A stretch of DNA of 64,000 nt from Leucoraja erinacea (lineage: Eukaryota): the NCBI RefSeq assembly GCF_028641065.1, contig NC_073400.1, positions 19,592,001 to 19,656,000 on the forward strand, written 5' to 3'. The notes beneath the pieces were generated by a model. The model did not search any database. It was not told the origin of the DNA and worked only from the letters and a program-made list of their open reading frames with translations. The translations under genes were made by a program, and so were the position numbers. This document shows, piece after piece, positions 26,285-37,439 of the stretch. Each line of letters opens with the position of its first letter. The first letter of the stretch is position 1.

Positions 26285-26327
26285 CTGCCCACAGTACAAA
26301 CTGAAGAAGCGTCGTCGCCATCTCCAT
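26285..26327 (-). CDS. Gene B exon 1: signal peptide MEMATTLLQFVLWA
   Basis: Kozak context GCCATGG and donor CAG|GTGAGG (phase 1). Continues in frame as DVAQA-IWRP in the V exon. Confidence 0.85.
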
Positions 26328-26329
26328 GG

Positions 26330-26500
26330 CCCCAGCTCCCAGACGCTGTCACCCCAGCAACCGCGGGCAACCAATCGGGCGGCAGCTTCTCTGGCCACTC
26401 AGCATCCATTGGTCCCCCGGAGCGGCCAATCAGAGAGCGTAACCCACAGACCTGCCAATGAGAAAGCGCGGCCTCTGCCGGCCAACCAATGAAGTGAGCG
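26330..26500 (-). promoter_or_regulatory. CpG-rich promoter of gene B with clustered CCAAT (NF-Y) boxes and a GC box
   Basis: AACCAATCGGGCGG, GGCCAATCAGAG, GCCAATGAG and AACCAATGAA occur within about 130 bp immediately upstream of the leader exon, with locally high CpG density. Confidence 0.7.
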
Positions 26501-26504
26501 GAGA

Positions 26505-27005
26505 TTGACACAGAGTGCTGGGGTAACTCAGCGGGTCAGGAAGCATCTTTTGGCAGAAGGAATAGGTGATGCTTCAGGCTGAGACCCTTCTTCAGACAGA
26601 GTCAGGGGAATGGGAAACGAGAGATAGAGACAGTGATATAGAACAAATGTATTAAAGAAATGCACAGAGTAATCTCGGAAAGATGGTGCCCACAATGGTC
26701 CATTGTTAGCTGAGGGGCAGGTGAAAACGAGTTATACAGATACCGAATTATACAGACAGTTTCCTTTATCATCGTCACTTTTTGCATATCTTTATGCAAG
26801 ATATTTGTTCTGTACCTCGCCATCATCGAAAATCACTATATCACCGAAAATCTATCGTTTTCCTTTCCCCTGACTCAGTCTGAAAGTGGATCTCGACTCG
26901 AAACGTCCCTTATCCTTTCCTCCAGAGATGCTGTCTGACCCGCCGAGTTACGCCAGCTTTTTGCGTGTAGCTTCGGTTTAAACTAGCATCTGTCGTTCTT
27001 TACGA
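26505..27005. mobile_element. Penelope-derived short element with inverted terminal segments
   Basis: gctggggtaactcagcgggtcagg...ctgacccgccgagttacgccagc inverted pair with degenerate CTGAAGA..GAAACGT motifs; many related copies occur in the window. Confidence 0.6.
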
Positions 27006-27151
27006 CATAATTAAGCTAGCAGAACGCCCTCTCACTAGGCAACGTCCCAACGACGTTCCTCCCACTCGAAAAGGCAAATCGCAGTGAGGTTTATGTGTGG
27101 GGAAAAGAGAGTGTGGCTAGGCGGTGGGGGTGGGGTTCTTGCAGTAGAGAG

Positions 27152-27189
27152 CAAAGATCCTATAGCAGAGCTCTGCTATAGGATCTTTG
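27152..27189. mobile_element. 38-bp palindromic micro-MITE with 8-bp TSD
   Basis: CAAAGATCCTATAGCAGAGCTCTGCTATAGGATCTTTG is a perfect palindrome flanked by GTAGAGAG on both sides. Confidence 0.85.
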
Positions 27190-27714
27190 GTAGAGAGAGG
27201 GTTGTGGGAGGAAGGACTGAAACAACAGTTCGCAAAAGGAGGGGGTGGCTCTAGTACTGGGATCGGTATAAGTGACGCGAGGGAGGGAGGGTTGGTGTGG
27301 GTGAGGCTGACCAGGATTTAACGTCATGTCCGATACCAGTGTTGGACAGGGAGGGCCTTTAATGCGCCAGTCACAGGTCCCTTCATATTTATCTGAATTA
27401 AATTCCATCTGTTATTGCTCAACCTCACTTTCTAGCTTGGAGGAGGTCATTTGGCCCTTCGAGCCTGCATCGCCATTCATTGTGATCATGGCTGATCATG
27501 CACAATCAGTAACCCGTGCCTGCCTTCTCACCATAACCCTTGATTCCGCTCGCCCCGAGAGCTCTAGCTAACTCTCTTTTAAATTAATCCAGTGAATTGG
27601 CCTCTACTGCCTTCTGTGGCGGAGAATACTGATGGATCGAAGATCATCAGTATTCTTAAATGACCTTCCTTGCTTCCTTTTATAATTCCACCAAATCTTC
27701 ATGTCAACAGCACC

Positions 27715-28368
27715 AAATCTTTGGAGCGCAGAAGGTTAAGGGGGGACTTGATAGAGGTCTTTAAAATGATGAGAGGGATAGACAGAGTTGACGTGGATAA
27801 GCTTTTCCCACTGAGAGTAGGGAAGATTCAAACAAGGGGACATGACTTGAGAATTAAGGGACAGAAGTTTAGGGGTAACATGAGAGGGGAACTTCTTTAC
27901 TCAGAGAGTGGTGGCTGTGTGGAATGAGCTTCCAGTGAAGGTGGTGGAGGCAGGTTCGTTTTTATCATTTACAAATAAATTGGATAGTTATATGGATGGG
28001 AAAGGAATGGAGGGTTATGGTCTGAGCGCAGGTATATGGGACTAGGGGAGAATACGTGTTCGGCACGGATTAGAAGGGCCGAGATGGCCTGTTTCCGTGC
28101 TGTAATTGTTATATGGTTATAAAACATAGAAACATAGAAACATAGAAATTAGGTGCAGGAGTAGGCCATTCGGCCCTTCGAGCCTGCACCCGCCATTCAA
28201 TATGATCATGGCTGATCATCCAACTCAGTATCCCGTACCTGCCTTCTCTCCATACCCCCTGATCCCCTTAGCCACAAGGGCCACATCTAACTCCCTCTTA
28301 AATATAGCCAATGAACTGGCCTCAACTACCCTCTGTGGCAGAGAGTTCCAGAGATTCACCACTCTCTG
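27715..28368. mobile_element. Two tail-to-tail CR1 3' fragments
   Basis: A plus-strand LERRRLRGDLIEVFK fragment abuts a minus-strand copy with a (CATAGAAA)n tail. Confidence 0.85.
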
Positions 28369-28991
28369 TATGATAACAGCACTTGAGTGTGACGATTGTA
28401 TTTGTAGTATTATCTGATCTGTTTACACAGCATGCAAAACAAAGCTTTTCCCTGTACCTTGGTAAACAGAACAAAAATAAACCTAAAACCTAATCCTAAA
28501 GCCTGTCCTCGGAAGCTGCAAGGCCTTCTATTTGGATTTCTGTGTCCCAGCAAAGTGTTGGAATATTTAGCTGTGTCTTGGCAGCAACAATATTTTCCCA
28601 TTGTGAACACGTGATTCTGCACTCAAAATGTGAAAGCTTAGTAGATAATTGTAGCCATTGGAACTGTAGTTAATTGTTTATTGCATAGCTTATTGTTGTC
28701 TTTGTGTTTCATTAAGTCTGTAGTTAATCTTTTATTCTTATCTTTATGTTAAAACATATTGGAGATTCTACAGAAGGGGTCTCCAAGAAAATGTCAGTTT
28801 CTCGATGAATACAGACATTTATATCGAGCACTGCCTCAAAAAAGTAAATAATATCATAAAAGACCCACACTTCTGTGGTGATACTTTAATCCCACCCTTA
28901 CCATAGGAAGATGGTACAGGAGACTGAAAAATGTTATCTCCATGTTTAACAACTGCTTCTTCCTATCAACCATCAGGTTCTTCAACTGGTC

Positions 28992-29037
<46 letters not shown>

Positions 29038-29324
29038 CCCCCCAAAAAAAGCGTTGCCCCAGGACCCCACCAACCCAGAGTGCTGGGCCAATAGCATCTC
29101 TCAACCCCCCCTCCCCCCCCCCCCCCCCCAGCATTGCCCCAGGCCCCACCAGCACAGTTGGACACACTGGGCCCACAGAGCCTCCCACCCTCCAGAGCAG
29201 CTGTGGCTGCAGATGAAGCCCAGATGAGTCGGTGTCTATGTCCCTCGACGTGCAGTGCAGTTGGTCTGGCGTACATCACGAAACCTTGTCCACAGGCTCC
29301 GTCCCCAGCTGATCCAGGGAAGGA

Positions 29325-29393
29325 TCAGGCACGGTACACCACGGCCGCATACTCAGTGGAGGCAATCTCACCCCGGTCCTCCGGGCTGACAAA
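29325..29393 (-). CDS. Gene A exon 5: C-terminus with ITSM (TEYAAV) and stop
   Basis: Acceptor gtttgtttttgttgtag, phase 0. Encodes FVSPEDRGEIASTEYAAVVYRA*. Candidate AATAAA signals on the minus strand at 28731-28736 and 28677-28682. Confidence 0.85.
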   Translation of the reverse strand, partial: FVSPEDRGEIASTEYAAVVYRA

Positions 29394-29729
29394 CTACAAC
29401 AAAAACAAACCAGTCAATGCCACGCTGGGGCAGATCAGCAAGACGAAGCGAGGCAGGTCAGAGACAGGAGCTCGGTCACCGAGTCGGCACCGGCCCGCAG
29501 ATATCAGGCACTTACCCTGAAGTGGTGTGTGGGGGATAGAATACCCCAGTAACTGGGTGTGTGGGGGACAGTGTACCACGGGTCTGTGATTGCCTGACTT
29601 GTGAAGATGGACAGTGATGGGGAGGAACATGTGCTTTCTCTTCTGCTTCATGCTGGTCTGTGGCCTGCTGGAGAAGCCCTGTCCTGCAGAATCTCTGTTG
29701 CGAATGTCTCTGAAATCATCAAGGAGGGT

Positions 29730-29995
29730 GGCGTGGGGAGTGTACAGTAGAGAAAGGGGAGTGTAAACGGGAGAGATGGGAGTGTACAGGGGAGTGGGGA
29801 GTGTACAGAGGAGAGGGGAGTGTACAGGGAAGAGTGGGGAATGTACAGGGGAGAGTGGGGAGTGTACAGGGGAGAGTGGGGAGTGTACAGGGGAGTGTGG
29901 GCAGTGTACAGGGGAGAGTGGGGAGTGTACAGGGGAGAGTGTACTGGGGAGTGTACAGGGGAGAGTGTACTGGGGAGAGTGGGTGCGTGTGTACA
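29730..29995. repeat. ~21-bp G-rich minisatellite (gtgtacaggggagagtgggga)
   Basis: About 12 tandem units in gene A intron 4. Confidence 0.9.
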
Positions 29996-30236
29996 ATTTG
30001 CGCAATGTCTGTCAGAGCGAACAAGGTGGACACTGAGGCAATGGTTGAACTGGGTAATTATGTGGGATCTTGCTTATGCCCAGTGGTCGTCAGGTCAACA
30101 GCAGTGGGTTGTGACGGGGACCTCGGGCTGATTCTGGGACTGAGTAGTTCACATGTGGGGCCTTGTGTATGGTCCGTCCCGGGTATAGTGGGGTCCCGCA
30201 GGTCCCCCCTCCCTGGTGTAAAGTGTCAGCCATTAC

Positions 30237-30325
30237 CCTCTTGTTTCCCTCCGGCAGCGTCTGGTCAGCGCGTTGGTTCCTAATCCACTGAAGATCTGCA
30301 TAGTCGATTTCAGTCTCAGCTGGGC
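30237..30325 (-). CDS. Gene A exon 4: cytoplasmic segment with ITIM (IDYADL)
   Basis: Acceptor ctcctctgtccctcag, donor AGG|GTAATG, phase 1 to 0. Encodes GPAETEIDYADLQWIRNQRADQTLPEGNKR. Confidence 0.85.
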
Positions 30326-30430
30326 CTGAGGGACAGAGGAGAGGTGACGAGGTCCGTACTGAAACCCTTGCTCACTCAGTACCCCATCTGCCCCTTCCCT
30401 CCATTCCCCCACCATCACCATTCATACCAA

Positions 30431-30495
<65 letters not shown>

Positions 30496-30543
30496 ACCCC
30501 CCCGTCAAACCACAGACTCGGACTGGGTGTCAGATCCACTCGC

Positions 30544-30711
30544 CTTCAGTGCCTGAAGACACTTCCCTTCCTGCGGCTCTTCTCCACACGAGGCAGAGAA
30601 TCGTGGTGGAAGCAGAGATCAGGAGGGTCCCCAGCAGCGACAAATTGATCAGGAGGATCACTCTCTGAGACACATGTGCTGTCGTCTTGTTGGGCACTGT
30701 CGTAATATTGG

Positions 30712-30743
<32 letters not shown>

Positions 30744-30756
30744 ATTGTATTTGGAT
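30544..30756 (-). CDS. Gene A exon 3: Thr-rich mucin-like stalk plus transmembrane helix
   Basis: Acceptor ctcattgcctgttacag. Encodes DPNTI(T)11NITTVPNKTTAHVSQR-VILLINLSLLGTLLISASTTILCLVW-RRAAGREVSSGTE and ends at a GC-type donor AAG|GCGAGT (phase 1). Confidence 0.85.
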
Positions 30757-32499
30757 CTGTAACAGGCAATGAGAACAGTTTTCGTGACTAATCCCATCCT
30801 CTCACTCCCAGTGACATAGGATTAGAGGATCCATCTCATCCAGCCTCAGGCTGGGAAAACTGTCATCCCAATTCCTTGCCTCAGTCCAACCCAATTAACT
30901 GATATCATTGCCTTCCATTCCCTCCCCACATTGTACTCCTCAGTCTTCTCAAATCTCTCCTCTCCATTCCCTCTCCTCCAATACCCATCACATCTACTCA
31001 ATGGATCTTCTATAGATAACCACAAGGACAGCCATGGTGTTGACAGATGGATTCGGCAGAATCTGCAATGGAAATTAAGGAAAAGAATTAACCAAAGCTT
31101 TATGTCTAACTTCACAAAGAAAGGCACAAAAAACGTCCAGAAATACTGGAGATACAGTGGTCAGCGTTACTGAGGAATAAAATAAATTGTATTAGTGAAG
31201 GGATATTCCGAGAAGTTACTGAGCCTGAACGCTGATAAATGCAACACTGTCCCTCAAGTTACCCATCTTCCCCAGCACCCTGTGCCACTGACTGTATCTC
31301 CACTGATGTTACTCCCACTCCCTCACATTTTTGACACAAGGAACTGCTGACACTTAATAAGCCCCAACCCGAAACATCACTTATTGAAATTCTCCAGAGA
31401 TGTTTTCTGACCTGCTGAGTTACTCCAGCACTTTGTGATTTTTGCAGCCTCATTCACTTTGTAACTGTGAATGAGGCTGCAAATTTACATTTCACATTTA
31501 TGCTCACTTCTCACACTGCAGACATGCTGTGGAGAACCTGCCCACATAACCCTGTTCCTTATTGACATCTGCACTAGGGAATGGTCATGTTGGAGGTGGG
31601 ACTAGCAGGGAGGGGTCCTGTCACATTGTTCAGTGAGGGGTCCGGTGCCATTGCTGTAGGGAGGGCTCCTGTCCCATTGTTCAAGGAGAGCTCCTGACAC
31701 ATTGTATTAGGGAGGGGTCCTGTCACAATGCTGCAGATGCCCTCACCTCCCCTGGATCCCAGGGAGCCTGTTGGAGGTGGGAGAGACCAGAGCAGCCCAT
31801 GTCCTTGTGGTACATTGTGGGGTGGGCATGCCAACTTCTTGCAGTGACAGCCAGCACGAGGACGAGGATTCAGTGTGGGGCATGGGGAATAATTCTGATC
31901 AAGCTGCAGCGAGACTGTGGACCGCTTTGTGCCCCCTGTCTGGTAATCCCACATCTCCATGGAGGAATCCAGGTGTTCCTGGAAAAGACAGGAATGGCTG
32001 CACCAAGGTCCAGCTGTGCATCGATTGCTGTTTGGAATGGACACTGTTTGTGGATCTATCTGTCTGCGCCACCCTCACAAATATGGGGATGGACCCAGAC
32101 GTGACTCCAATCGAGCAGCGCCGCTTCAAGGGTTTCCTCACTGGACTACTAACGGAGAGGAAGGCTATGAACATTTCCGCTGCTTCTTCACAGGAGTTAA
32201 AGTATTCTTGCCACGAAGATCATCACAGCCAACCTCAACAACAATGTCAGCAGGGGGTCTTTCTACAGGATTTGCAAACTCTCAGCCCAAGGATCGGGCA
32301 ACCCAGACCGTTCTGGAAGAACTCACCAAGCGACTGGAGTGGAGAGCCGGGTCACATGAGTCACTTTGTGTACATGCACTCCCCCCCATTCCCAGCATGA
32401 TACCCATAGCTTATTTTGAGAGGTGTCCACTCTCTTGAGCTCTAGCGATAGCAGAAGGTGTGTCATCAAAATACAGAGCGGATTAGTGCTCACGTAACA

Positions 32500-33335
32500 A
32501 CTTGTCACTAAACACCTCCAAGACCAAGGAGCTGATTATTGTCTTCAGGAGGTCACCTAATGGGGAATACGCCACAATCTCCATCTACGGGGACAGTGTG
32601 GAGAGAGTGTCCAGCTTTAAGTTTCTGGGCACTCACATTTCAGAGCACCTCACATGGTCCACCAACACCGCTGCACTGGTCAAGAAGGCACAGCAACGAC
32701 TGTTCTTCCTGAGAACATTAAAAAAGACTGGTCTGCCCCAACAGCTGCTGACAACCTTCTACAGCTGCACCACAGAGAGCATATTAATCTATGGCATCTC
32801 TGTGTGGTATCTCAGCTGCACGGAGGCGGAGAGGAGAGATCTTCAGCGTGTCGTCCAGAGCGCAGAAGATTATTGGGACACAGCTACCAGCCTTGGAGGG
32901 CATCTACCACACACGGTGCCTCAGGAAGGCCGTCAGCATCCATAAAGACTCCTCACGCCCTTGTAATGGACTGTTCGAACTACTTCCCTCCGGCAAACGT
33001 TACAAGGCCTTCTACGCCCGCACCTCCAGATTCAGGAACAGCTTCATTCGCAGAGCTATAGCGGCTCTGAACCGGCCCTGCTGAGTGCCCCCCACCCCCC
33101 ATGGACTGTCTCCCTCGGATGGTCACGTCGCACAGACACATCTGCACTTTAGTCTGTTTGAACCGTTTTTACTATTTTACTGTTGTAATGTTCTTTATAC
33201 AAACCATGTTCTCGGGGTATCTAAATCTAAATTTTATTAGTTATTTAAGTTATGACATCGGATGGAAGCTGCATACCAAATCTCGTTGCGCTTATATGAA
33301 ATGACAATAAAATATATTATTATTATTATTATTAT
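32500..33335 (+). mobile_element. Rex1/Babar non-LTR retrotransposon 3' fragment
   Basis: LNTSKTKELII..FKFLGTHIS..LTWS..KKAQQRLFFLR; AATAAA followed by an (ATT)n tail. Confidence 0.88.
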
Positions 33336-33669
33336 CATCATCTTCGGGGGAGGGGATATCAACTGTTTTCCCGAGGAGAGGCTTGCTCTAGTGTGGACAA
33401 GTGTTGGTAAACATGATGTTGGGGAAGTCCAGGAACGGGTTGGGAAAGAACAATACACCAATATCTCTTGATTTCTCCAAGTGGAATATCTGCATACTGA
33501 CTTGCATGTGTCAGTCTCTCAGAGGGACATCACTGTTCACATATTGGTTTGTGCTAGTCCCTCGCTCAAACGGGCATATCTTTATTTTTACATCTCTCTC
33601 TCAATCCCTCAGAGGGATATCTGTACACTGACTGGTGTCTCTCAGTCCCTGTATCTCAGGGGGAAGTTC

Positions 33670-34280
33670 ATAAGGAGCAGTATTAGGCTATTCAGCCCAT
33701 CGTCTACTTCGCCATTCAATCATGACTGATCTATCTCTCCCTCTCAACCCCATTCTCCTGCCTTATCCCCATAACCCCTGACTGCCATACTAATCAGGAA
33801 TCTCGATCTTTGCCTTAAAAATATCAATTGAAGGCCTCCACAGCTGTCTGTGGCAATTAATTCCACAGATTCACCACCCTCAAAAGAAATTCCTCATTTC
33901 CTGCCCAAAGGAACGTCTTTTTATTCTGAGGCTATAACCTCTGCTCCTAGACTCTCCCACTAATGGAAACATTCTCTCCACATCCACTCTATCGAAGCCT
34001 TTTACTATTCAGTAAGTTTCAATGAAGTCGCCCCTCATCCTTCAAACTCCAGCGAGTAGTGGCCCAGCGTTGTCAAAAGCTCATCATATGTTAACTCACT
34101 CATTCCTGGGATCATTCGCGTAAACATCTTCTGAGCCCTCTCCAGCGCCAGCTCATCCTTTCTCAGATATGGGGCACAAAATTGTTCATAATACTCCAAA
34201 AGTGATCTGACCAGCTCCGTATGAAGCCTCAGCAATACATCCCTGTTTTTGTATTCTAGTCCTCTCACAATAAAAGCATT
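33670..34280 (-). mobile_element. CR1 LINE 3' fragment
   Basis: EYKNRDVLLRL..LERAQKMFTRMIPG remnant. Confidence 0.85.
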
Positions 34281-35235
34281 GTGTAAAGGAAATCTGTTAC
34301 CAACCGGTTGTCTCTCAGTCTCTCTATCTCAGATGGGATATCCGTCTCTCAGTCCCTCTATCTCAGAGGGGATATCTGTACACTGACTGGTGTCTCTCAC
34401 CAGTGGTATCAGGAAGCTGCCGCAGCTGGACTGGGGAGGACCAGGTCAGGTCGATTTGTCCCTGGTCTTGGCTCACTCACTCACTCCCTGTCACTGACCC
34501 AGTCTGGCCGTTCTGTCGTTCAGGACTCGGCCAGCTTGGGCTATCATGTGGAGAAAATGCTTGTAGTACAGTAGTGGGAATGTGGTACTTGTTCCCACAG
34601 GGAGTTGCTGCACTGATTCTCACTGAGGGATTTAAGGGGAGCTGGATCACCACACAGGGGAGAAAGGAACAGGTGGTTCCGGTGATGGGGAGGCAAGGGT
34701 GGACGTATGATTCTTTCTGCTCCCCGAGGGTGTGGATTCTTTGGAATTCTCTCTCCAGAGAGCAGTAGAGACTGAGCCATTGAATGTATATATTCAAAGC
34801 CGAGATGGAGTTTGGGTCAGGAAGGGTCAAGGGCTTGAGAGGAACAAGCAGGAAAGTGGAGCCAAGGCCAGGGTCAGATCAGGCCATCCTACCCCCAACA
34901 ATCCCCCCCCCCCCCCCCTTCCTTGAGGAGCCACCTATGGCCCCATCCCCAGCCATCAAGGCTGTGCTACCTGCCGATTCAGCCCCTCCTCTCGACCTCG
35001 GAGATACACGGTTCGATCCTTTGCGGCCCCTGGCCCAGTCTCCGGGGATGTGGTAAGTCTGTCCCCCAGCCTGGCACTGCCCCAGTCCCACTACACTTGT
35101 GCCGTGACCCCACTCTGGACACTGACAGTCAGTGGTGTTCAGTAAATTGGGGTACACGTAGGATTTGCCCTCACCCATTAATTAGGGGGGTTCAGGAGTC
35201 GGTGGGAGCCGGGCGTCCGCGGCAGTCACACTCAC

Positions 35236-35565
35236 CGTACACCTCCAGTCGAACTCTTGCCTGAGTTCCACGTCCTGAACTTGTAACAACATCCACCTCG
35301 TAATCACCAGCGTCCTCTCTCCGTAGACCACGGATTTCCAGACTGAAGTTCTCGCGGTGAAGTGTTACCCGTCCCGTGTAGTTGGTGGTATAGTATTCAA
35401 TATTCTCATTCGACTTCCAGTACGCTATCCTGGTTTTGCTATCTAGCTTCGCTATCCGCTTCCACACGACCTTGTCAACGTCCGATGTGACTGTGATCCC
35501 AGTAGGTAAGGAAACCGAGTGTCCCCGAGCTCCGGTCACGTTGGCAGCGGCGGCCCAAGTCCCAG
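35236..35565 (-). CDS. Gene A exon 2: CD2/SLAM-type Ig V domain with no cysteines
   Basis: Acceptor ctcttgtctcctcag, donor G|GTGAGT, 330 bp, phase 1-1. Motifs GHSVSLP, VVWK, GRVTL..ENFSLEIRGLRREDAGDY and RVRLEVY are typical of CD2/SLAM/CEACAM N-terminal V domains. Confidence 0.92.
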
Positions 35566-36629
35566 CTGAGGAGACAAGAGAGGCAGGTAGACAAAAGTGC
35601 TGGAGAAACTCAGCGGATGCAACAGCATCTATGGAGCGAAGGAAATAGGCAACGTTTCGGGCCGAAACCCTTCTTCAGACAAGGAAGGCAGTCAGCAGGA
35701 GAGCTCAGAGACTGGAGGAGGAACTGGAGCTGGGAGAACCACAGAGCACAGGAGCTGGCCATGCAGCCCATCGTCTGGCTCCCGGCTCTGTTAGAGACCC
35801 GGCCCACAGTGAGCCCACAGGGGGAACAGAGTGAAGACTCTGCACCCGGGCCTGAGGAAGGAAGTTACAGCTGCAGCCAGTTATCGATGGATAGGCCGGA
35901 GGATGTCATTCAGCCCGGAATATGTCAAGTGAAAGCATCAACAAGCCTCAGTAGTGGGAGGAATCCAGACTGATCTGACCTCAACTCAGCTGGGATTACA
36001 GTCAGAGAAACAGGCCCGTCAGCCCATTGAGTCAGTACCAGCCATCAACCATCCACTGTATTCTGTTCCACTGCCCCAGATTATACCCTTCACTGATTAA
36101 CCTGTATGGAAGAGAAACCCTGATGTCTCGTCTAACGTTCTCACTCCTCACCTGAAACCTATGCTGTCAGATTTTAGACATCTCTGTAATGGGACGAGGT
36201 TCCTCACTATCCACCATATCTATATGATAATAATTGTGAACATCCCCCTCAGCCTCTGTTCCAAAGAAAACAACCCCAACCTTTTCATTCTCTCCTTCAA
36301 TCTATTTGTCCACCCAATTTCCAGGCAAATAAGTTTAATTCTGTAGCCTACAACTTTCTCCTTATCGTTAAAAATGCCATGAATGTTCATGTTATCTGCA
36401 AACTTACTAATCATACCTATTATATTCATATTAAGATCATTAATTAATATGCTACACAGTAAAGACCCCAGCACTTTGGGTTACCACTTATATAGGCTAG
36501 GCTTCCAATCACAAAAGTCATCCTCTGCCTCCTATCACCAAGCCAACTTTAGATCCATTGTGCTTTAGATCCCACAGACTTTATCCTAGCGCAGAACCTT
36601 ATCGAAGGCTTTACTATATTCATGTGACT

Positions 36630-36680
<51 letters not shown>

Positions 36681-37095
36681 GATGACAAAGGTGGTTTTTG
36701 TCCTTGTACACATCATTGAAACAGGCAAGGACAGCAAGCAGCTAAGGGGGCAGATAGACTGTCAGCCTTCGTCACAAACACAGAGCAGGAATGTTTCGCT
36801 GCAATCCCACCTGGGCCTGCTCGCCCCGTGAACCACAGAGGAGTGAGTCAGAAAGAAATGCTGCCTGACCTGCTGAGTTACTCCAGCACTTTGTGTCTAT
36901 CTTTGTACTAATCCCTCTCCTCCACTCACTCTTTTTCCTCAGTTTGTCGAGGCCCATTCAGTCTCGATCAGTCTCTCTTTGTCAATATACTCTCACTCTT
37001 TCTGTGTCACTGTCGTTTTGCTTCAAGCAATTCACATTACCTCCTGGTCCCTTCATATTTTTAGTGTCTCTCTCTGTGATCTGTCAGTTTTTGTT

Positions 37096-37140
<45 letters not shown>

Positions 37141-37439
37141 TACAGTCTGTATTTCTCTCGCACACTCTCTATATGTGGACTCTAGCTCCATTCTCCACTT
37201 CACACATCTCTCAAGTTGTTGATCACATTTGTTCTGAGCCTCTCTCGCTTCCTGCCACCATCACTTGTAATGTTTAATTAACACCTCACTTTGTGAGAAC
37301 TAGCTCATAGCACCTTGACAGCAGCCTCTGACCTCCACTGTCAGGGTGTGATGACCTGGGGCTCTGGGCCCAGCACAATGTAGCAGTAACGAAAGCCCAT
37401 CAACACCTCCACTTACTTAGACGATTGTGGAGATTTGGT

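Noticed and set aside
2131-26327. Naming genes B and C as CD58, CD48, SLAMF8 or SLAMF9
   Set aside because: Only family-level similarity is visible; orthology needs phylogeny.
29394-30283. ORFs of 100-200 aa with repeated peptides
   Set aside because: These are translations of the 21-bp minisatellite.
29325-35565. Calling gene A PDCD1 (PD-1) or SIRPA
   Set aside because: The tail motifs are similar but generic, the V domain lacks the canonical cysteines, and no synteny is visible, so no symbol is assigned.
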